NCBI GenBank assembly: GCA_026025795.1 | Contig: JAPEUG010000021.1 | Coordinates: forward strand, 62,001-89,038 | Reading direction: 5' to 3' | DNA: 27,038 nt | From: Thelocarpon superellum | Lineage: Eukaryota | In this document: in pieces, positions 20,301-27,038 of the stretch | Layout of the letters: every line of letters starts with the position of its first letter | How positions within the stretch are numbered: position 1 is the stretch's first letter | Notes under the pieces: generated by a model | Told to the model about the DNA's origin: nothing | Seen by the model: the letters and a program-made list of their open reading frames with translations, nothing else | Databases searched by the model: none | Program-made: the position numbers and the translations under genes

Positions 20301-20989
20301 GCTCGGCTTTCCTCTCCGCTCGCGCCTTTGCGAGCGTGGAGGCCGATCTCCCGGTCAACGTCGCCGGCTTCCTCCCCCGATACCACCCCGACTTCGCGCT
20401 GCAGGCCGTTCGGCCATACGACGAACTCGAGGCCGACCTCAAACGGTCCATGCGCGCCGAACCCACACCCAGTCTGGCCGCGCCCGAGCCGAGCGTCGGG
20501 ACAGGCACGGATGAGCGGTGGGTGGAGGTGTGTACGGCGCTCATTGCGGACACGCAGGCCTTCTCCGTGCGCCGGCTCCGCCTCCGTCGTCGGGTGCAGG
20601 CGGGTGCGTCGGCATCCACCCCAACCGCCTCCACGCCGTCGCGGGCCGAGGCCGACGAGCGATTCGTGTCGGAGGTCATCTTCGACATGGACGGCACACT
20701 GATTGACGCCGTCGAGCGCATCATCGCCCACTCCCAGCCGTCATCCAAGTCACACTCGACCACCTCGTCTCACCATCAGGGCCAGGGCGTGGCGGCGGCC
20801 GATCCAAGCGAGGCCGTGGTGGAGGTGCCACGCCGCGACTGCCAGAAGATGGTCCTGGGCGCGCTCGAGCAGGTGGTCAAGAGCGTGGCCACAGAGCGAC
20901 GGGATGATGAGGCCCGGCCTCATGCCACCGACAGCACGCTCCGCGAAGGTGTCCGCAAGTGGCTGAGCGATGTCGAAGACCTGAACTGA
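17327..20989 (+). CDS. LST4: Folliculin-interacting protein (FNIP/Lst4-like), 1220 aa, single exon
   Basis: Uninterrupted 3663-nt ORF. The N-terminal blocks LESVQEENHTRNLLFP, DVRVIIAQD and LLDCMFGSAPLSYRGDTTKLH match the FNIP N-terminal (longin) domain pattern of filamentous fungi. Later conserved blocks FFFNLLTAFLGHHTEWL, RTVISAPDKMAARRLIFLLSAFLP, NVAGFLPRYHPDFALQAV and VCTALIADT are separated by Ser/Thr/Pro-rich linkers. Confidence 0.85.
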   Translation: MLGALFSSAASNSRNSSHPSIPSAKPIIALESVQEENHTRNLLFPVLSQLHQSYHQAFPLPEDASGPSPASLSAFDNHGELELDSLRDVRVIIAQDATSQQAKVVLFDSRAATAGGDGSPDGSKSARKSPTGIGPGLGPKPMPPRSSLRSGLFARAPDPFTQPPEGPPLGAFDRCRRRDSQASAGLDISQRSAPADPPGGTRLLLDCMFGSAPLSYRGDTTKLHVFPVERRPVSRSATTSPTTSESLDSFGRAEGRRRSQLAQSFTPNDVRTFPASSSVASTHDIRSAGSRTVLVTRTFSLDVPDEANRGRDGKVASPPSTDAAAIASPPGYPFPSMEDRLRPTKRTRPTLRKSPVYAIALVLQLPLATGSGETTVPRSRPRAPSSNSDADATSYNPDRPSGWTFFTPSQGLESLSGPLLQGSDVDDRLDLLVERWDIISRVLGSIQTAVKAPMTELLRHAAVLSPLPSPSSAASLPRTTVEVGTETVVLDGRARVKPPKISMQIIHLNTGALAGDTAVKQKVEAASARLVDGLRLPRVVTGQGRWGMWREEARWVGRWCGRKEQQFFFFNLLTAFLGHHTEWLSALGPTWYRQRHLEQHKSHATDDLSIPNRTVISAPDKMAARRLIFLLSAFLPASRLTLDAAGGIVAMATSGKSYSQSLPSTSLSREPSLRRTMNKRTGNAPVKRSRAAPRDPGSTSILETSHGLSAATDGERGLDPGQFRRSSDTPSLTASGLSISQGNSGTRKGSAATTTTITPASTVPYFSVLQADQVGGTAAEPRPGSSGSLASLNLMHTLRRNQSTDQSNTSTDSQSTSRWGSLISGFWSNRRDSSAAESETTVPPEDANPPSGFPQPRTAETTSRHGQLARMVRQVQPANGRSDGELYQEDFEDEEMPRVTATTTTTATGSLPQPLPKSPPKDIGTFDGQAIPPRSQPMPAPFKLSIDEQDGVIDVDIPLPGFLSSANGSPSTSPSTAGFLSVASLDGPHSSGSAFLSARAFASVEADLPVNVAGFLPRYHPDFALQAVRPYDELEADLKRSMRAEPTPSLAAPEPSVGTGTDERWVEVCTALIADTQAFSVRRLRLRRRVQAGASASTPTASTPSRAEADERFVSEVIFDMDGTLIDAVERIIAHSQPSSKSHSTTSSHHQGQGVAAADPSEAVVEVPRRDCQKMVLGALEQVVKSVATERRDDEARPHATDSTLREGVRKWLSDVEDLN

Positions 20990-22405
20990 CCTTGTTCCCT
21001 CTGGACCCTTTCACGCACGACTATACGAGACCACGACGACCTGCCATGCGCCATCCTCGATTCGTGGCGCACGTCACGCGGTGACTTGTCTTGATGACCT
21101 TCTCCTTGGCCCTCTTATATCTCTTGTATACAGCCCCTTCAGTTGCATAAGCGTCATGGGTCGGAGTTCGAGATGGAAGGACCTCGATCATTCCTCGTTC
21201 CGAATGTGTTATATGCCGACGCGGGAAATAGACTTCATCATCGCTGGAATGGAATGCGCACTCAACCATTGGAATCCTTCTGCGTTGATGAACGATCAGG
21301 GTGTTGGTTTCCTCAGGGTTGCTCCCCTGGGTGGTGGAAACAAGCGGGGGAGGAGCCGAACTTCAACATCCCAGGTTTTTGTTCGTGGAGTCGAGATAGA
21401 CGCTAGAAGTAATCATCAGACGTCGCGGCTCCTAGCCCCGGCGAATCTTATATATTCTGAATGGGGTAGGTCTTTGACAGCGATGGTGAGCAAAGACGCT
21501 GCGGGAGACCTGGAGCCACGACGTCCGACAAGACTTTTAGCGTCTACGGGTTCCGTTGGGTCGGAAGGTGCGCGAGTGCACTCTTACCCGTGACCCGGAC
21601 GCCAACCAGACACTCAAACCACCGGCGCACCCTTGCTTTCACTTTACTACTAATCCTCTCTACCATCCCTCGATCATTCCTCACTAATCGCAAGAACCTC
21701 AATGCTTCAACACGATAAGGAATCATTCATGGGCCCGTTCTCGTCCCTAGAGAATGCATCCTTGTTGATTGGCCAGCTGCGTGTCCTTCTCTACGGTTTC
21801 TCGTCCAAGACCGAAGGGAGTTTCCCAATCTCGTCCACAAGCAACAACATGGCATTTGTCTGTCTTATTCAGCTCATCGATGCATTGCATTCTCATGACT
21901 GCCGAACTTCATGACCATCTGATGACCGGACGTAGGTGATGCATCTTGACCGTCTCGCAGTACGACTGTCGTAGGCTGGACACCCCACATCGTGACGTGC
22001 GGAATTGTCGCAAGAGGGCCTACGAGATCGAGTAGACCGTGCTCGGGGACATGTGGGTAGCGCTAACGGAGAAGCCGGAATTATGGAGCCGATCGCGTGG
22101 ATCTGGGCGAGGCTCCTATTATCTGGCAGAGGGTAAACATGACCTCTCGTCCTGGGCCCTTCGCTCCCTCTTTCACTTCATCTTCCTCCACCCCCACCGT
22201 TTCTCCTTTCCGCCATCTCTAAGCCTTCCTTTGCATTCTTTGTCGTTCCACCGCCGCGAGAAACTGTGGCCAACGCCTTGTGAGATCATCACCTGCCCGG
22301 TCTTCCTCCCTTTCTCGCCCCTATCCTTCGATCGTCCCGTACGTCCACAATCATTTTCGTAGAGAGGAACTCACCACACATTCATTCCCCACGCACTCGG
22401 CCGAA

Positions 22406-25400
22406 ATGGCGTGTGCCAAGCTCGTCAACCTTGCTATACTTGCCTTCTTCATCTCTGCTGCTACCAGCATTCACCTCCACGGACGGGACTTAAATGCAGC
22501 CCTGTTGCCATCCTATGACTACATCGTCGTGGGCGGCGGGATTAGCGGTCTGGTCGTCGGCAATCGGCTGTCGGAAGATCCAACAGGTGGGCCCTGACCA
22601 ACACACCCTGTCAATGTTCGTGTTGAAATAACCCCATGCTCGTGGCCACAGTCAACGTTCTCGTCATTGAGGCTGGTATCCCGTACGTTTCTCTCTGACG
22701 TGAGGAACTCTAGTGAAGGCTAATATCTCAAAGGGATTCCTACGAACAATTTATCCAAGTCCCTCAATTCGTTGGGAGTGATGTAGGTAGCCAGTATGAT
22801 TGGAACCTCTCGACCGTGTCTCAGACCTTCCTCGACGGTGCCGGACGACCCTACCCACAGGGCAAAGTGCTTGGCGGCGGCAGTATTCTCAACGCCATGT
22901 GCTGGAATCGAGGCGGCTCCGATGACTTCGACGCCTGGGAGGCCCTCGGCAACCCTGGCTGGGGATGGGAGGATCTCCTTCCCTACTTCATCAAGGTTCT
23001 CTCTACATGCGTTCGTCGTAGCCGGGCGAGGCTCGAACACTGACGCGTCGTGACGCAGAGTGAAACCTACACCCCGGACTACACCTCGGAGATTTCTGCA
23101 GAGTACTCTATCAACTACAATCCCACGGTGCATGGCTACGATGGACCGGTGCAAGTCAGCTACCCGAAATACTTCTACAGCCAATCGGGTAAGATTGATC
23201 TCCCCAGACTGATGTCCTGCCTCGACTGATGAGTGGTAGCCAACTTCTTTTCCGCGCTGAATCAATTGGGGGTTCCCACCGAGTTCGATCCCAATGACGG
23301 GACATCCGCCGGTGCTGCCTTCATCCCCACCGATCTCGATCCAAATAATCAGACACGGTCCGATGCGCGGCGAACGTATTACGACCCCTATGTCTCTCGT
23401 GCGAACTTCCACGTCATCACGGGCCAGCAAGTGACGCGGATCAACATCGCCGGCGTCGCAGGTAATGACCTGGCTACGACACCAATGACCGGCGGCAATC
23501 TTGATGGAGGCGGATCCTCGAGTGGCCTGGGAGGGAGCGGTCTGTTTGGCAGCGACTCCACCACGCCTCCGGCCGCCGGCGCGGATGGGATGGGCACCGG
23601 CCCGGTCTTGGCTCGCCAGCTCCCAAGTGGACTCCGCATCACAGGCGTCGAGGTGAGTCTTCCCATCGATCGTCTTGACCCTCCCCAACATAACCGGACT
23701 TAGTTCGCTGCGAACAATGCCGCTCAGCGACAGAACGTGTCGTGCACGCGGGAGGTCATCGTCTGCGCTGGTGCGGTACACTCGGCCCAGCTGCTACAGC
23801 TCTCGGGCATCGGACCATCGTCGCTACTGGCCACGTACGACATCCCCTTGGCGCAAGACCTCCCGGGCGTGGGCAACAATTTCCAAGATCATTATCTGGT
23901 CGGCACATTCTACCCCTGTAGGCACCCGTGGTTTGCGTATCTCGAAGCCCCCTCCTGACTCGCAACAGACAACAATGTGACCAACTCACCGGCGGAGCTG
24001 ACGACAAACGCCACGTATAACGCAGAGGCCGAGGCGCAGTACTACCTTAACAAAACAGGTATGCAGCTCTGGCAGGCTCCGTTGTAGCGCCTTTCCTGAT
24101 ATGATGTCAGGGCCATGGACTGCCGGCTCCCCGAACGGTCTCGCGTTCCCATCCTTGCCTTCCACGAGCAATCTGTCAAGCTCCATTCTTCAGGCGGCGA
24201 GCGCGCAGGGTCCCAATGATCATCTCGTGCCGGGACTGGACGCGACCTTGATCTCGGGGTTCGCGCAGCAGCAGGCGTCATTGGTGCAACGGCTCGGGCA
24301 GCTTAACGTGGCGGCGTGGGAGATCATCAACAACAACATTGGGAGCTTGACGGTGGCGCTGATGCATCCCTTCTCGCGCGGTACGGTGTACATCAATTCC
24401 CCGAGCCCCTTCGAACCCCCATCGATCGATCCTCGGTATGGGTCAAATCCGATTGACCTGCAGATCTTGCTGGAGGCGCTCCGCTTCAATCGTCGAATTC
24501 TCGCCACGCCGCCCATGGTAGAGCTTCAGCCGACGCAATTCGTGCCGCCAGTGGATGCAGATGAGGACTCGCTCATGCAAACGATCAAGACGGGCATCCG
24601 AACGGAGTACCATCCCAGTGGCACCTGCGCCATGCTTCCGCAAGAGCTCGGCGGGGTGGTTGACTCGCACTTGATCGTGTACGGGACGCAAAACCTGCGG
24701 GTCGCGGACGCGGGCATCTTCCCGTTGATCCCCGCGGCACATTTGCAAGCAAACGTCTACGCCGTGGCGGAAAAGGTAAACCTCCTGCACTCTAGCACCA
24801 CATGGCCTTTCATGCTCACATATTTCTAGGCAGCCGATATCATCAAGGCCGATAACGCCGGAGTTCAACCCAGTGCGGCATCATCGGTGGCACCGTCGAG
24901 CATCTACAGCACCTTGGCTGGCTCGACTGCATCCTCCGTATCGACCTCGGCCTCGCTCTCGTCCTCGACCAGCAGCTCATCGATGACCGTAAGCAGCCGC
25001 ACCGGTGCGGCGAGCTCTAGCGCGTCTGCATCATCGTCGGTGTCTGCATCGGTCTCAAGCCCATCGTCCACGACGCTGCCGATGGGCTTCTCAACGTCGG
25101 CAGCCGTCTCATCCACGCCGCTTTCAATGAGCACTACGTCCGCGTCGAGCACCATAAGCTCAGTGCCCACCTTGTCCAGACCGACATTGGTCTCATCCGC
25201 CGGCACTCTAGCCAGCTCAGCGTCGCCGTCGATTTCAGCCACATCAGCCGCCTTCCCGTCGTCTACGACCATTGCCTTGACCACTGCCGGGGTGGGATCG
25301 TCGAGTGGGGCCTCGTCGACCGTGGCCGCTTTTCCAAGCCCCAGCGTGGTCGGCCCAGTGTCTTCGGTGAGTAGCTCCATCTCCCTCGCAGGCTCGGTTT

Positions 25401-25729
25401 CCATGATGGAATCTTCGAGCAGCTTGTGAAAGATGGCGTCGCTAACGCATTCGTAGCCGCTGACCAGTGCCGTGCCTTCGTCGATGGTGTCATCCTTGTC
25501 GTCAGCCATCTTGTCGGTCATCTCAGTGCTGACGAGCGAGAATCCCTCTTCGACGGTCATGTTGACTCCGTCGGAGGCGCCAACGCCGCCGGCGTCCAGC
25601 ATAATCGGGTCGGTCCCGTCGATGACTCCTACCACCGGGTACGCGAGCGAGTCGCAGGCCGAACGACAACAGGCCGTCGCGGCCTTTGTGGCCTGGCTGC
25701 AGCAGATTCTCTCGACCTTTTCCGACTAG
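22406..25729 (+). CDS. Secreted GMC oxidoreductase (AA3_2, glucose oxidase/dehydrogenase or aryl-alcohol oxidase type) with C-terminal Ser/Thr-rich extension, about 931 aa, 10 exons
   Basis: Introns at 22587-22651, 22683-22733, 22996-23058, 23189-23239, 23653-23703, 23918-23968, 24059-24110, 24776-24829 and 25367-25456 give a continuous frame of 2796 nt. It encodes a signal-peptide-like MACAKLVNLAILAFFISAATS, Rossmann YDYIVVGGGISGLVVGNRLSE..VLVIEAG, GKVLGGGSILNAM, EVIVCAGAVHSAQLLQLSGIG, LPGVGNNFQDH, catalytic EYHPSGTCAM, VYGTQNLRVADAG, and second His IPAAHLQANVYAVAEKAADII. Confidence 0.93.
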
Positions 25730-26396
25730 TCGATCGGTTGTATGCCTTGTTGCTCTCATCTCCCCTCATTTCGAGCGTCTTCTACAGCTATGCTCGCATG
25801 TTGCTTTAGGTCATCTGTGCGCAGGTACAATGGCGTGCTAAATTGATCTGACGCATTGGTTGAGCATGTGGGGGTTCAATGTCACACGGTGCCATTGCTG
25901 TGTGGACGTAGAATCGTGAAGTCTGGATTGACGGAAGCGCGGAGAGCGCGAGAGGAGGCTCTTTGTAGCTCGGATGGAAGATGACAGACACAAATAGACG
26001 TTGATGTGCGGCCCACAGCGTGCCGCACCATACCGTACTGTACAAGTAGTACATAGTACGTGCGTTGGTGGAGTTTCGCCGGCGGCGGATGGATGCGAGC
26101 GGTGGCTTGCACACCGCCCACTTGGGCACCCTAGGTGCTGATCAAGTTTCTTGCCCGGGGTGAGACGAAGCTTAGCCTCGCCACAAACGGGAACGCGGCG
26201 TCAGCCTCCCTTGGCCCGGTCCGCTCGTATCTGGGACTTGTGCAAAGCCAGGGCCAAACGTGTCGCTGCCGCCGGTGGAAGAACACATTGCTCGCGTGCT
26301 CTCTAAGGCGCGGACATGAGCAGTGGATGTGATTCTCCGGGGGCCATGGGTGCGGCACCGGGCTGCACCTTTGCCACTCTGCCTCCACTACTTGCA

Positions 26397-26423
26397 CCAT
26401 ACCTGTATGTCATACAGGTATGG
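26397..26423. repeat. Perfect inverted repeat with 13-bp arms and a 1-nt spacer
   Basis: CCATACCTGTATG-T-CATACAGGTATGG, read directly from the sequence. Confidence 0.9.
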
Positions 26424-26542
26424 GACTGCGAACGACGAGCGGTCGCAATCGTAGGCACGGTGCCTATGCTGGTTCCGTCGAGGACGGGGGTTACTCGTAC
26501 GCGTACGCGCACCAGCGCTGCCTTGGTTGACAAGCGAAACAC

Positions 26543-26576
26543 TGCCCGGTGCCCGGTGCCCGGTGCCAGTGCCCGG
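26543..26576. repeat. Short tandem repeat (TGCCCGG)n
   Basis: TGCCCGG x3, then TGCCAG, then TGCCCGG. Confidence 0.85.
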
Positions 26577-27038
26577 TAGTCAGTTGCCCTTGACCCTTGG
26601 TTAGGGACAGGGAGGTCGGACGGCAAGCAACAGGTCAGGTCATGTCCGGCACGAGCCCAGTCATACAAATGTCAGATCTCGGGCCCCAATTCCCATGCCC
26701 GCCCGACCGCCATCGCAGATATATTTGTCGCTGCAGCGCCAGTCACGCCTGGCACGCCTTGGGCTGCTCTTGTCGTTCTCCCGGCTGACCCCGCTCCGAC
26801 CACCTTCACCAGTGGTGGACAGTCAGGGGCCATGCCACCGAGGCGTGGCGGCCGATCGTGCAGGCACGAGCCACCATGGCAAGCACGTCGTCGTCCCTCG
26901 ACGCACTTCTCATGAGTGCTGTCGGCATCTGGTCGTGGATGTATAGATCGATTGCGGAACAGAGCATCTTCTCCCTCTATCTCGTCTTGGTCCTCCTCAA
27001 ATTGGCCGTGCTCTCCCTCTCCATCAGGTCGTCGGCCT

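Noticed and set aside
18319..20763. Several 150-260-aa overlapping ORFs on both strands
   Set aside because: Alternative-frame or antisense shadows of the GC-rich FNIP/LST4 CDS.
21791..21850. Minus-strand peptide MLLLVDEIGK resembling a Walker B motif
   Set aside because: The ORF is only 19 codons, with no Walker A or flanking homology.
22720..23781. 353-aa minus-strand ORF
   Set aside because: Antisense to well-supported GMC exons; no domain recognised.
25426..25456. Alternative 31-nt last intron for the GMC gene (GTGAAA donor)
   Set aside because: Too short for this genome's intron range and leads to an immediate stop; GTGAGT at 25367 preserves the frame.
24904..25635. 243-aa minus-strand Asp/Glu/Val-rich ORF
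   Set aside because: It is the mirror of the Ser/Thr codons of the GMC tail and has no independent coding evidence.
1..27038. CRISPR array, tRNA/rRNA, prokaryotic operon or defence system
   Set aside because: The DNA is intron-containing fungal sequence; I saw no repeat-spacer array, cloverleaf or rRNA signature.

Overview
Eukaryotic genomic DNA from a filamentous ascomycete (Pezizomycotina-like, GC-rich, short GT-AG introns). I can support five protein-coding genes: (1) IML1/SEA1, the DEPDC5 homologue of the SEACIT/GATOR1 complex, on the minus strand; it runs off the left edge and so is missing from the ORF track. (2) A vacuolar Ca2+/H+ exchanger, VCX1/CAX (4 exons). (3) A 19-exon SNF2-family ATPase with an inserted C3HC4 RING and N-terminal SUMO-interacting-like motifs (Uls1/Ris1/Rad5-16 type). 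(4) An intronless folliculin-interacting protein (FNIP/Lst4-like). (5) A 10-exon secreted GMC (AA3_2-type) oxidoreductase with an internal Gly/Ser-rich insert and a long Ser/Thr-rich tail. A weak orphan minus-strand gene model lies at about 15227-15960. The most notable observation is that subunits of both Rag/Gtr GAP complexes controlling TORC1 (Iml1 and Lst4/FNIP) are encoded within about 21 kb, next to a vacuolar transporter. I saw no RNA genes, CRISPR arrays or mobile elements. All gene identities come from motif recognition by eye, not from database searches.
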